From: the human T2T-CHM13v2.0 reference genome, Homo sapiens
Strand: one strand, 5' to 3'
Length of the DNA stretch: 64,000 nt
NCBI RefSeq assembly: GCF_009914755.1
Contig: NC_060932.1
Shown piece after piece: positions 1-15,574 of the stretch. The notes below the pieces were generated by a model, which saw nothing but the letters and a program-made list of their open reading frames with translations, was not told the origin of the DNA and ran no database searches. The position numbers were made by a program, and so were the translations under genes. Numbering within the stretch: position 1 is the stretch's first letter; every line of letters begins with the position of its first letter.

Positions 1-5
1 AATAA

Positions 6-437
<432 letters not shown>

Positions 438-770
438 AACTTTCTTATATGAGTAAGTCCTCTACTTAGAAGTGTTTGAGAGAGGAGTCACTTATTCACT
501 GCCATAGCTACCAGTGTCTCTTCTCTAACACACAGAAGGCTACTTCCTTACTTGCTACATTCTCCATGCTGCAAACGTTCTCATACACAGAATGGCACAG
601 GTTTCCGTTTGGTCCTCCTCCCCGCTGCATGGTCAAGCTGTGTGTCCACAGAAAAATGACAAAGCCTCCCTCTCCCTGGGCTCTATGCCCCAATATGAAC
701 CCTAAAGCAGTATGCTTATGTCTTGAGGCTCCTCAATTAACATTTAGAGCAGCTTCTGTGTCTAACTCAT

Positions 771-1116
771 TGTCTTGGTCTGCTTTCTGTTGCTATCACA
801 GAATACCACAGACTGGATAATTTATAAACAATAGAAGCTTATTTAGCTCACAGTTCTGCAGACTTGGAAGTCCAGGAGCAAGGCACTAGTGTCTAGTGAG
901 GCTTCTTGCTGTGTCATAACATGGCAAAAGGCAAGAGCCTGCCACCTCAAGTCTCTTTTCTTCTTATAAAGCCACTAGTCTCATCATGGGGTCCCTGTCT
1001 TAATGACTTTGTCTAATTCTAATTACCTCCCAAAGGCCCCACCTCCAATCAACATATGAAGCTGGAGATTAGGTTTCCAGTACACGGAATCTGGGGGGCA
1101 CATGCAAACCATAGCA
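771..1116 (-). mobile_element. MaLR LTR (MSTD/MLT1A-like)
   Basis: TGTTGCTATCACAGAATACCACAGACTGG...GGGGCACATGCAAACCATAGCA. Confidence 0.75.
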
Positions 1117-1639
1117 CCCATTTAACCACAGAGGCTCAAAACTCTTCCCAGAACCTCCATTGTCTTAACTTCTCTGGACTTTGGCACAGAAAACTCTGCC
1201 CAATGCATACTTTAGCTAAAACATAGCAGCAAACATGGCAGTTTATTCAAATAGAAATTTGGAGTAAGGATAAAGATGGCTAGATCCTCATTCCAAAACC
1301 TTAATTAGACTCAGCCAAGATAAACTAATCACGATTCTAAAATCTCGTATTCTTCCAGGAAGCTTCAGTTCACAGTAAGTACTGACAGTGCTTTTTCTAT
1401 TTCTTGTACAAATAACTAGCTGATATAGCTAATACAGCTATTGTTATTTATTAATGCCCCTCTGGGCAGTTCAGAACAATCTGTTAGAATATGCCGGACA
1501 TCCAGGTGGTCAAGGAGTCATCTTTGGGGTGATGAGATACAAGAGGGTGGAGCACAGGAGGCGCTGGATACTCTGGGAGCAGGGCAGCTGGAGGAGGTGT
1601 AAATGTTTCCGCTACACGCTTCAGGCTTTCTTTTGTAAA

Positions 1640-2435
1640 GACCTGTGAATTTTGTCCCCCAAAAATACATATTCAAGACCTAACCACTCGTACATGTGAA
1701 TGTGGTTTTATTTGGAAACAGGGTCTTTGCAGATATAATCAAGTTGAGATGGGGTCCTACTGGATTTAGGTGGGCTCTAAATCCATTGGTGTCTTAATAA
1801 GAGAAAGGAGAGTGAAATTTGGATACAGAGACAACAGGCACACAGAGGGGAAGGTCATGAGATGCCAGGTAGAATTTGGAGTGATACAAATATAAGCTAA
1901 AGAATGCCAAGGGCTAGGCGTGGTGACACACGCCTGCAGTCCCAGCTACTCAAGAGGCTGAGATGGGCAGATGGCTTGAGTGCAGGAGTTTGAGATCAGC
2001 CTGGGCAACGTGGCAAAACCCTGTCTTTACAAAAAATACCATATATATATGTGTGTGTGTGTGTGTATATATATATATAATGTATAGCCAGACGTGGTGG
2101 TGCATGCCTGTAATCCCAGCTACTTGGGGGCTGAGGCAGGAGGATTGCTTGTGCCCAAGGAGGAGGCTGCAGTGAGCCAAGATCATGCCACTGCACTCCA
2201 TCCTGGGCAACAGAGGGAGACCCCATCTCAAACAAACAAACAAGAATGAATACCAAGGGTTGCCAGCAGCCACTAGAAGCTGGGAGGTCATCCTGGGACA
2301 GCCTCAGCATCCCCCAAAATAATCTGCCAACACCTCAATTTCAGACTTCCATCCTCCTAAACTGAGAATACATTTCTATTGTTCTGAGCCACCCAGTTTG
2401 TGGTCATTTTCTATGGAAGACCTAGAAAACTGACG
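1640..2435 (+). mobile_element. MLT1-type LTR interrupted by an Alu (1912-2243)
   Basis: GTCCCCCAAAAAT...TTATTTGGAAACAGGGTCTTTGCAGAT...GAGCCACCCAGTTTGTGG...CTAGAAAACTGA. Confidence 0.78.
1912..2243 (+). mobile_element. Alu (J-like) with an (AT)/(GT) microsatellite in its middle A-tract
   Basis: Alu dimer; microsatellite at 2041-2079. Confidence 0.88.
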
Positions 2436-4293
2436 TTAAAAACCCATGGGAGAAGATTTTCTCAGAACAAGGATCTAGAAAAGCTTTTCTGTGGCTTGCC
2501 ATTATTTCACACACGATGTGAGTTTAGTAACTAATCAAGTTTTCTTTTCTGCTTGGGCGACCACACAGTTTTGCATAGATGTGGACCCAATTATAGGACA
2601 TTAGGGAATAAATGTGTGTGTTCATCTCTTTTCTCTTCCTCTGTTTTTAAAGTACCAGTATATATTTCTGTGTTACTATATTCATTTATGTTCATATGCT
2701 GTCACAAACTCTTTTATTCTTTAGACTGAGGAGAGGGGGAAAAAGTAGTAACTGGATAAACCTGTTTTTCCCTTCCTTCCCCAGGGAAAAGAGCTGAAAT
2801 GTGATTAGCCCAGATTATTAGCTCTGAAATAAGCCATGCTACTTTTTCAACTGATACGACCTTGTCATTTCAGAGTTCAGAGTTCAACCTTCTCATTTCA
2901 AAATTGAGAAAATGGAAGCCTAAGGTCACATGATTAAAAACTAGTACAGGTCACCATCTGTGTCCCTGGTCATTCAAAACACTTTTATCAACTGAGTACC
3001 AGGTGCAGAGATAGAAAGACAGTGCTAGTTGGAATTTCATACAGCTTTACAAATAATGAAGCCAACTGAAATGATTTATCTTGACTATTACTAATAAACA
3101 TTTATTCTTTAATAAAATCAAGCTATATTCACCTACATTTTTATCAGCAGATTCCCAAAGCAAAAAACTTTTGGGTTATTCTACCTTTTGTTAATTACAA
3201 AGTTCAATATTTCTAGCAGAAGACTTCTTTTTTCCAGAAAAGGAGGGCTAGGTTATTTGGATTGCCTTTAAAAATTGAAAAGCTGATAAAAGTTGACGAG
3301 TGGGGACTCAATGTCCACTTTTAGGATAAAGCCTGTTTTCTGAATAATATATTGAACGGGGTTAGGGGAGATCCAAGCTACATTTTCCCTGAGGGAACTG
3401 GGGGCAACACCCAGTTGGCCAAGGTTGTTAGTCTTGTGGAGTGAGGGAGACAGAAGTCCAGCACAGGAGGACAGGTCCGAAAGTGTCCCTATAGCCCTTA
3501 ACCACAGGTGCAACCCCCACAGCATGAGAGTTAAGCAGAACTAAACATGCTCTTCTGCCTCATAACCGCAAGAGACTAGAAAACGTAAACAGGAGAAAAA
3601 AAGAAAAGGAAAAAAATCCTTAGAAATATTGGCCACAGACCAGCTCTCACATATATTTGCATTCTGAGCACACAGAATCTAAGGGAGCCAGAGAGCCTCA
3701 AGCGTTAATTTGGTTTGAGATGGTTCCCAGGCAGCAGCGTGTCTAAGCACCCGACAGTAGCACATGCGCAGCCTCCCAGGGGAAAGCATATTCCTCCGGA
3801 GCCTCAGGAAACCCTCATGTGTAACTTTCAAGAGCAGTGTCAAACATGTAGTTAAAGAGACTCACACTCACATGAAAGCAAAAGCACTTGAGGGAGAACC
3901 AGCAGAAACAACAGATAATAGAAAAAGGCCACACGGACTTCAGGGATCAGAATTTTCAGACGCAGATGATAAACCCATTCTGCTTACCAGGTTTAAATAA
4001 GTAAATGACAAACCTGAAAATATTTTCAGAAAAGAAGAAACTATAAAAATAACATATAATTATATTCCAAATCATAATTTCATAAATGATACAATTTCAA
4101 AGTTACATAAACATGACTTGAATGTGTATGACCAGATGAATGTGATCTGAACATCACCTGTCTAGAGGGTCCCCGAGGATCAAGGGCAGATAATGAAAAG
4201 GGAAGTGGAAGAAAGATTTTTCTCAGATAGAATTTCTAGCCATGTAGGTTTCTTCGTTTTATTCCCTCCCCAAATCTAGTCCTCCTTCTGCAG

Positions 4294-4577
4294 TATTATT
4301 ATTTTTTTTTGAGATGGGGTCTCAATGTGTAGCCCAGACTGAAGTGCAGTCTGCAATCGCTTGATGCAGGAAATTCAAGCGATTTTGCTGCATCAGCCTT
4401 TTGTATAGCTCGGACTACAGGCACAAGCCACCACGCCCGGCTAATTTTTGTATTTTTAGTGGAGACAGGGTTTCACCATGTTGGCCAGGCTGGTCTCGAA
4501 CTTCTGACCTCAGGTGATCCACCTGCCTCGGCCTCTCAAAGTGCTAGGATTACAGGCGTGAGCCACCACTCCCATCC
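4294..4577 (-). mobile_element. Alu
   Basis: Alu consensus match, right arm diverged. Confidence 0.85.
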
Positions 4578-4579
4578 CT

Positions 4580-5851
<1,272 letters not shown>

Positions 5852-6240
5852 TAAACACATTTTATTAAAATTAAATGTATATGTGTTTGTCTCTTTCACA
5901 AGGCTGCACGATCTTTGAGGAAGGAGACTTTGTCTTAATCATTTCTGTACTTCCAAAGCTCCATGCAATGGAGGTACGAAAGACAGAAATCGGGATTAGT
6001 AGGTGAAAAAGAGTTGGCTGTGATACTGGTTTTGCACGCATAGGCTGAGGGAGTAGGAGGCATAGGAAGCCTTCCCTAGGCGGGACAGTGGAAAGTCATG
6101 AGGAAGGCTGATTCAAAAAGAAAGAGCTTGCTCATGAGTGATTCTGGCACATTCTCAACATTTGTTTGCTTCTGAGTATGACTATGAGAAGGCTGTGACT
6201 GTAAAACAAGAGGCTGTTTGCTTTAAAGAGACAAAGCTCT

Positions 6241-6292
6241 GCAAATGACAAGAGTAAACCCCTTTATTGTCCCATTGACTCTTGTCATTTGC
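6241..6292. repeat. perfect 15-bp inverted repeat with a 22-nt loop
   Basis: GCAAATGACAAGAGT (6241-6255) and ACTCTTGTCATTTGC (6278-6292). Confidence 0.95.
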
Positions 6293-6719
6293 CTCCAGGT
6301 CTCCTGGTCTCTGTGAAAGTTATGGGGACAGGGGATGTAAAAGCTTTCATATGGCCATAGAGAAATATGACACCCACAAAAGTTAAGGATGAGGTGCTCC
6401 TGTCCAGGTTTACATTTTTTCTTACCTTAAACTATTACTAAAACCATTTGGCTGTCAGGCTCCTTAGCAAGTAATTAAGAAGAATTAGGTAATTCACTAG
6501 AAGCAGCAGAGACTCAACGGTAATTACACTCAATGCCTAAATGGAGAGACATTTGCAGTAAAATACGTTATAATTTTAGTGAATGAAGGAAACAGGCAAA
6601 GTGTCTAACCACACATGCTGGTTAGGCCGTTAACCAAACAAAATCCATTCTCCCTTAGCAGGGTGACATTGAATGCCAGAAATGAACTGAATCAAATAAG
6701 CATCAACAACACAACTAAA

Positions 6720-7031
6720 GGCCATGTGCTGTGGCTCACGCTTGTAATCCCAGCACTTTGGGAGGCTGAGGCGGGTGGATCACTGGAGGTCAAGAGTTTG
6801 AGACCAGCCTGGCCAACATGGTGAAACCTCGTCCCTACTAAAAATACAAAAATTAGCTGGGCGTGGTGGTGGGCGCCTGTAATCCCAGCTACTCGGGAGG
6901 CTGAGGCAGGAGAATCGCTTGAACCCTGGAAGGCAGAGGATGCAGTGAGCTGAGATCACGCCACTGCACTCCAGCCTGGACGACTGAGTGAGACTCTGTC
7001 TCAAAATAAATAAATAAATAAATAAATAAAT
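6720..7031 (+). mobile_element. Alu (S-like) with an (AAAT)n tail
   Basis: Full dimer. Confidence 0.9.
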
Positions 7032-7101
7032 GGCCAAAGTGGCTCAACAGTCTGGAGAACACTATGGGATAGACATACGACCTGGTTACTTGGCTTGCGA
7101 G

Positions 7102-7649
7102 TGTCAGGGAAGAGAACTACCTCACCTTCCTATCTCAGGTTCAATGTTCAGGGCTTAGATCTCTATAACAAAAGAAACAAGAGAAAAGAAATCAAAAAAA
7201 GCATACAAATTGAGTATAAGTTTTACGTGACACGGGAGCCTTCATAAGGAAATGAAGCCCTGAAGAAGTGGGTAAGCCCGTGTATTTTCATGCTAAGTTT
7301 GATGAAGATGAGGATGGCCGTGGAAAAGTATGATTGGACACAGCCGTATGATCTAATGGCAGTAAACTGGAGAGAAACGTAGCCAGGCCTGTTTGTTCAG
7401 GTTCTCCTCTGGGTCCCTGTGTCGTCGGAGGTTAGGATGTTCCTTTCCTCCAGGTATAGGGAGGGCACCTCTGGAATGAGGGTCTTATGACCTGCTTTAG
7501 GGCAACATCAAAAAAATCCTTCCTAAGTTTATGACCTGCTTCAAGGAAGAAGGGTAGGGGGAAAGGTGACAGCCACCTTCTTGTTTTGCCATTTTCTCAA
7601 GTTCTTTCAGCCTAAAATATTTTGGGATAGTGTGTCCTGAACCCCATTA
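7102..7649 (-). mobile_element. ERV1 LTR (MER31/MER34-like)
   Basis: Reverse complement begins TAATGGGGTTCAGGACACACTATCCCAAAATAT. Confidence 0.65.
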
Positions 7650-7923
7650 GCAGTCACTGAGCCCTGTAAATGAAGCAGGAGCCCAATCCTGGCAAGCCAA
7701 TGTAACAGCTAAAAAGTAGAAAGGGACAGCAGTGACCCTGGACTTCATGCTGAGCACCTGGCCTTGGGTCCCTTCGATTCTCCTGAGCCTCAGAACATGA
7801 TGAAATCCACGGAGAAGAGTGGTCCCAGGCCAAACTATCAAGGGGCTGCAGAGGCTGGAAAGAGAGAAGTTGGCAGGCTTAATATTCCACTAACTTCCAT
7901 GAGTGATGTAGAGATTTATTCTA

Positions 7924-8359
<436 letters not shown>

Positions 8360-8374
8360 CTAAGAACATTTCTA

Positions 8375-8578
<204 letters not shown>

Positions 8579-8650
8579 CTAGCTAAAGTAGATTTGTCTA
8601 TAATCCCCTCTATCACACAAGAATATAAAGAGAATTTTATCTCTAGAGTC

Positions 8651-8737
8651 AGTCTCACACTCCTTGATTTTGTGAGATTTTTATTCGTTTTGAGTCTCAC
8701 ACTCCTTGATTTTGTGGGATTTTTATTCGTTTTGAGT
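8651..8737 (+). repeat. 42-bp tandem duplication (2 copies, 1 mismatch)
   Basis: AGTCTCACACTCCTTGATTTTGTG(A/G)GATTTTTATTCGTTTTG x2, followed by AGT. Confidence 0.95.
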
Positions 8738-9173
8738 ATTCTTTGTTTTTCAGGCTCACGTTACCCAAATGCACTCCGGACCCTCAGATAGCCCCTGTCG
8801 TTCCAGTTTTATGTCTGGGACTTTCCTGTCATTGATGTGGGGAAAGAAAGTTCAGGAAAACTTTCCTCTAACGTTAAAAGTGCTTTGAAATTGAGAGCAT
8901 AGTCCCAGAACACCATCTTGCTTTCTGGCCAAACCTGTTCAGTGGTGATGTTTCCCACCCTTCACTAACAGCCAGGCTGGGTGATGACAGCCAGGGGAAG
9001 CGGGTGGGAGGAGGGACAAACAGAAATGAGGGAGGAGGGGAAGAAGAGAATAGTGGGCTTTGTTCTCTCCTCTCACCTCTCCAAGCCAGGGGAGCTGCAA
9101 GTAAAGATCAGCATCTTTTAACACCCCAGCAAACCTGGAACCAAGCTCATAACAAGGCACCAACTCAACACAC

Positions 9174-9477
9174 TTTTTTTTTTTTTTTTTTTTTTGAGAC
9201 AGAGTCTCACTCTGTGATCCAAGCTGGAGTGCAGTGGCATGATCTTGGCTCGCTGCAACCTCTGCTCCAGGGTTCAAGTGATTCTCTACCGGTCAGCCTC
9301 CCGAGTAGCTGAAATTAGAGGCACCCACTACCACGCCTGGCTAATTTTTGTATTTTTGGTGGAGAAGGGGTTTCACCATGTTGGCCGGGCTAATCTTGAA
9401 CTTCTGACCTCAAGTGATCCACCTGCCTTGGCCTCCCAAAGTGCTGAGATTACAGGCATGAGCCACTGCACTTGACC
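9174..9477 (-). mobile_element. Alu
   Basis: Full dimer; TSD ctcaacacac on both sides. Confidence 0.9.
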
Positions 9478-9957
9478 TCAACACACATTTATTTAGGGCT
9501 TATTATATGCCAGGCTCTGTTGTTGTATAAAGTATCTCCCCAGTGAGAGGAACAAATTGTGGAAACAATTTAAGTATCATTCAAGAACTATATAATGAAT
9601 ATTGGACAACTACAGAATTTTTTTAAAAAACAGAATTGTTTTTAAAAGATGAGCTGGAACCCTCTGTATTGACAGGAAAAGGTATCCAAGATGCATAGTC
9701 GAAGGGAAAAAGTTTACAGAACAATGTGCATACTATGAACACTGTTTTGATTGTTTTTAAAGTATAAATAATGATCAGCGGTGGATTTATGGTGGAGCTA
9801 ATGAAATTTAAGGCTCAGAAGCTCTCACTTGCATAAATTTCTTCGAAGACCTTGAACTTAATTTGATATTTTAAAAACCTAAATCATTCCGTGATATTTA
9901 CATACATGACAAACATTATGGCCAACCTGGGTTATCACGGACAGTTGGAGTATACTA

Positions 9958-10236
9958 TTTTTTTTTTTTTTTGAGACAGAGTCTCACTCTGTTGCCCAGG
10001 CTGGAGTGCAGTGGCGTGATCTCGGCTCACTGCAAGCCCCGCCTCCCGGTTCAAGTGATTCTCCTGTCTCAGCCTCCCGAGTAGCTGGGATTACAGGTGC
10101 CCACCACCACTCCCAGCTAATTTTAGTATTTTTAGTAGACATGGAGTTTCACCACGTTGTCCAGGCTGGTCTCAAACTCCTGACCGCCTTGGCCTCCCAA
10201 AGCGCTGAGATTATAGGCCTGAGTCACCGTGCCCAC
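9958..10236 (-). mobile_element. Alu
   Basis: Dimer with a small internal deletion. Confidence 0.88.
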
Positions 10237-10433
10237 TCACTTTATACTTTTTTATTATCCAAAAAAAAAAAAAAAAACCACCTTCTCGTGATACTCCTTT
10301 ACAGTCATCACTTCCCTCACCCGTAACCCCTGGCAATCCAACCTGTTTCCTAAGTCTTATCTCTGAGTGAGATAACGTGTGGGCTTCGTAAACAGAAATC
10401 TATTCTTCAAATAGTGGATATTATTATTACTCC

Positions 10434-11076
10434 TGTTACTGGAAAGCGGTCCTGATCCAGATCCCAAGAGAGGGTTCTTGGACCTCACAAAAGAAAGAAT
10501 TCAGGGTGAATCCATAGAGTAAAATGAAAGCAAATTTACTAAGAAAGTAAAGGAATAAAAGAATGGCTACTCCACAGGCAGAGCAGCCCTGAGGGCTGCT
10601 GGTTGGCTATTTTTGGGGTTATTTCTTGATTATATGCTAAACAAGGGGCAGATTATTCATGAGTTTTCTGGGAAAGAGGTGGTCAATTCCCGGAACTGAG
10701 GGTTCCTCCCCTTTATAGACCATATAGGGTAACTTCCTGATGTTGTCATGGCATTTGTAAACTGTCAGGGTGCTGGTGGGAGTGTCTTTTAGTATGAGAA
10801 TTAATTATAATTAGCATATAATAACAGAGAGGACAACTAGAGGTCACTTAGAGGTCACTTTTGTCACTGTCTTGGTTTTGGTGGGATTTTGGCAGGGTTC
10901 TTTCCCACATCCTTTTATCAGCAAGGTCTTTGTGACCTGTACCTTGTGCCAACCTCCTATCTCATCCTGTGACTTAGAACGCCTAGCCTCCTGGGAATGC
11001 AGCCTAGTAGGTCTCAGCCTTGGTTTACCCAGGCCCTATTCAAGGTGGAGTTGCTCTAGTTCAAACACCTCTGACA
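10434..11076 (-). mobile_element. MER41 (MER41B-like) ERV1 solo LTR
   Basis: Reverse complement begins TGTCAGAGGTGTTTGAACTAGAGCAACTCC. Tandem GAS motifs at 10666 and 10687. Near-TSD ctcc/ttcc. Confidence 0.88.
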
Positions 11077-11924
11077 TTCCTATATCCGAGCCAACCTACA
11101 GGACAACCTCTATCATCATTTTCCTCTAACTTCTATTTTTCCCAGTTTTCCTACCTCTCTCTCATTGTGCTCATTTTTCAGTAATAAACAAAGACCAAAA
11201 AATTACATATATGTGTTTCTACGACAAAGATTTTGTTTCTTGCTAGAGATAAAAAATTCTCTAGCACAATAAATGTGTCTAAAATCTATTTAAAACTTAA
11301 GACACAGAAAAATAGCTAGAAAAATCCATAAAACCAAAGGCAATGCTTTTTCTTTCAGCAGATTATGGTGTTTTTTTTTTTTGGCATATGTTTTCCTGAA
11401 GGGGTGATCTTTGGTGCCCAGAGAAACATAGAGCCTATTTATTGATTGTTGTCTAAAATTGACTTTTTGGGTCAATTGTATTTTCTTAAACATCTTAATA
11501 TTGTTGTTTCGCATTATAATCAAAATGCTACCTTCAGCCAGCACTTCAGACCAATTAGTAGGCTATAAACTATTTGGTCATCATAGAACCAATGCATTAA
11601 TTGTCTGTAATTAACCTCATTCATAAGAATGGAATATGAAAAAAGTATAATTTTACTACAGCTTGTATCAGTTCAAATTAGGTTCAGGTTGATACAACAC
11701 TTGGTTGCTTTCTCTTGCAAAGGGATTTTGTAAGTAGGCAGTTTGGTGTGAGTGTGGCAAGGTACCCCAAATTCATTAAGGACTCAATCTCCTTCAGGCT
11801 GTCAGATCTATAGTCTCTAGCGTGTGGTCCTTATACTCATGGTCTAAGGTGTCTGGTGCTCCAGTAATCTCTTCCAGGGTTCAGGCTGGCAGCAAAAGAG
11901 AAAGAATAAACACAGAACAGTTTC

Positions 11925-12201
11925 AGAGCCTTGCTCTATCGCCCAGGCTGGAGTGCAATAGCACAATCTTGGCTCACTGCAGCCTCTGCCTTCTGGGTTA
12001 GAGCAGTTCTCACGCCTCTGCCTCCTGAGTAGTTGGAATTACAAGTGCCCACCACCATGCCCAGCTAATTTTTGTATTGTTAGTAGAGACGGGGTTTCAC
12101 CATGTTGCCCAGGCTGGTCTCGACCTCCTGACCTCAGGAGATCCGCGTACCTCGGCCTCCCAAAGTGCTGGGATTACAGGCATGAGCCACCACTCCCTGC
12201 C
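11925..12201 (-). mobile_element. Alu
   Basis: Dimer, tail degenerate. Confidence 0.88.
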
Positions 12202-12580
12202 AGAACACTTCCTTTATAAGACTTCTCAGAAGACTATGCAGTATTTTGACTTACATTTCTATGACAAGTACTTAGATACCTGACTGAGTCAACTTCAAAT
12301 GATACTAGGAAATGTCATCTTTTAACTGGACAGCAATGCACCAACCAAAAATTGGAGATATATTACTGCAGAAAAAAGAGAGACTAAATAGGGAAAAGAA
12401 ATTTGTATTTCTTGCCACTGTCTTAACATAAATAATATCACAATGATTGAAAGATGCTACAGCTCTTTCATAACACTGAATTCTGTTAAAAGATAAAGCA
12501 GATAAAAATCTGATTTAAAAATATAAAACCCTTTTCAATCCGTATGGGATATCATCAGAATTTCAAAAATAAAGTTTCAA

Positions 12581-13165
<585 letters not shown>

Positions 13166-13383
13166 AAAATAATAGCTAGAAATAAATAAACAATTCATTG
13201 TATCACCAATGCATGGTTGGGCTGCATTTTAAGAGTATTTGCGTGGAGGGATGAAGACTATTTAGGGAGCAACCATTGTTCCTCATCTGAGCTATTACAC
13301 TTGCTGAGCTCTAGATGGTGCATGCCAGACCTGTGCCTGACTGTGGAATTCAGTGCTAAAGAACAGCAAGAAGCAGGAAGTAG

Positions 13384-13984
13384 TGTCAGAGGCCTTGGAA
13401 CCAGAGGGACTCTATCTTTAATAGAGGCTGGGTAAAATGAGGCTGAGACCTGCTGGGCTGCATTCCCAGGAGGTTAGGAATTCTTAGTCACAGGGTGAGA
13501 TAGGAGGTCAGCACAGGACCAAGTCACAAAGACCCTGCTGATAAAACAGGATACAGTAAAGAAGCCGGCCCAAACCCGCCAAAACCAAACCAAGATGGTG
13601 ATGAAAGTAACCTCTGGTTGTCTTCAGTGCTGATTATACGCTAATAAAAATGCATTTGAATGCTAAAAGACCCTCCACCAGCACCACGGCAGTTTACAAA
13701 TGCCATAGCAACATCCGGAAATAACCCTATATGGTCTAAAAGGGGAGGGACCTTAGTTCTGGGAAATCCTCACCCCTTTTCTGGAAAACTCCTGAATAAT
13801 CTACCCTTTGTTTAGCATATGATCAAGAAATAACCGTAAAAATAGCCAACCTGCAGCCCCGAGAGCTTTCCTTCTCTAATAAACTTGCTTTCACTGTATT
13901 CTGTGGGCTCTCCCTGAATTCTTTTTTGCTGGAGATCCAAGAACCCTCTTGAGGGGTCTGGATCAGGACCCCTTTCTGGTAAAA
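13384..13984 (+). mobile_element. MER41 (MER41B-like) ERV1 solo LTR
   Basis: TGTCAGAGGCCTTGGAACCAGAG...GGCTGGGTAAAATGAGGCTGAGACC...GGATCAGGACCCCTTTCTGGTAA; internal AATAAA. Confidence 0.88.
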
Positions 13985-14269
13985 GCCTCCTATCTCCAAA
14001 AGTATTTCCATTTGTGCTGAGGAATAAGTTAGATAAATTCTTCAGCTTTTAATATACTCACAATACAAGAAGTCTCAATATAATGATGAAAGAAAATCCA
14101 CAAGGCAGTATGTGATTTTTTTCTCGGCCAATCAAATGTTACAAACAGTAAGTATTATAAGTGATGGCATGTGGTTCCAGTGACGAGGAGGTAATGGCTA
14201 AGCTGTAACTAAAGGAAGAAAAAGTCTGAGAAAGAATGGGTAAGAAAATCTAGATTGCCGATTTAGGAC

Positions 14270-14460
14270 TTAACGTTCATCAAACGCTGCTATGCAGCAG
14301 GCGGTTTACTAGGCGCTTGGCATAATATATGAGAGAAAGATCATCTCGTTTTCAGATGAGGAAGCTGAAGCTCACATAAGTAATTTCCCACTGTTGAACA
14401 GCCAGCTAGTAGAGGAAGCAGAAGTTGTCTTCAATACTGTTCCAAAATCTATGCTCTTTC
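14270..14460. mobile_element. MIR
   Basis: TTTTCAGATGAGGAAGCTGAAGCTCA...TAAGTAATTTCCCA core. Confidence 0.6.
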
Positions 14461-14602
14461 TGCTATAGAATTCTACCTGGGGAGTTGCATAAACACATTG
14501 TAATCCAAGCCTCACCAGCTGTGAGGTTCTGGATGAGGTCACATTTACATGCAGATTTCACCAGTTCAATGAACCTATCACTCACTCATCGAAGAATTCT
14601 AA

Positions 14603-14866
<264 letters not shown>

Positions 14867-15574
14867 CACTGCTGCTTCCCTACACTGGTCTCTACCACCT
14901 GACAACACTGGGCCACCACTGCCCTTGACTGCTCCCTGTGGGCTTTAGCGCACAGCCTGTCTGCCATAATTCTTTCAATCCTGACAGTGCAGCAGTTTCT
15001 TTTAAGACAACTGCTTCTCCCTTTCTATATTATGTCAGCTGGTTTGGGGCCACGAGGGGGGCAGTGATTCCATGGCATAGCAAAGTTGATTGGTACATCA
15101 GCTGATTGAGTACTATGTGTGTTTCATTCATTCAAATATTTATCAGGGGCCTCTGTGTGAGGAGGAGGTGAACAAGACCTATGAACCTGGTTTTTACACA
15201 GAGACAGTTAGCTATTGTTTTAATGAGAGGAGGCAGACAATGAGCATAATAATTGCTAATTGTGGTAAATGCTATTAGGAAAATAAACAGAGGGCTGTGA
15301 TAGGAAATAATGGCAGGCAGTAGGGAAGAGGTGGTAAGGATTGTTTGCATGGAAAACACTGGAACATCAAATAAGATAGCGATTTCTTTTTGCAAACACA
15401 GCTTTGTTGGATGGTTTAAACTCCCCAGGACAATCACTCATACCAGGACAGCTGAGCAGATTATAAAATAAAAAAGCAGCTCTGAGGCCTTACCCGGCCC
15501 CATTATTTTCCTCTAATGTTCATGCACGGTTACAGAATCTGCCTCATCCTACCAACCTCCTTCATCTCTGCAGA

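Noticed and set aside
8651-8737. CRISPR-like repeat
   Set aside because: There are only two adjacent units with no spacers, in a eukaryotic context. It is a simple tandem duplication.
11241-11266. 9-bp hairpin TGCTAGAGA/TCTCTAGCA (and an 8-bp stem at ~61305-61328)
   Set aside because: Stems of this length are expected by chance in 64 kb.
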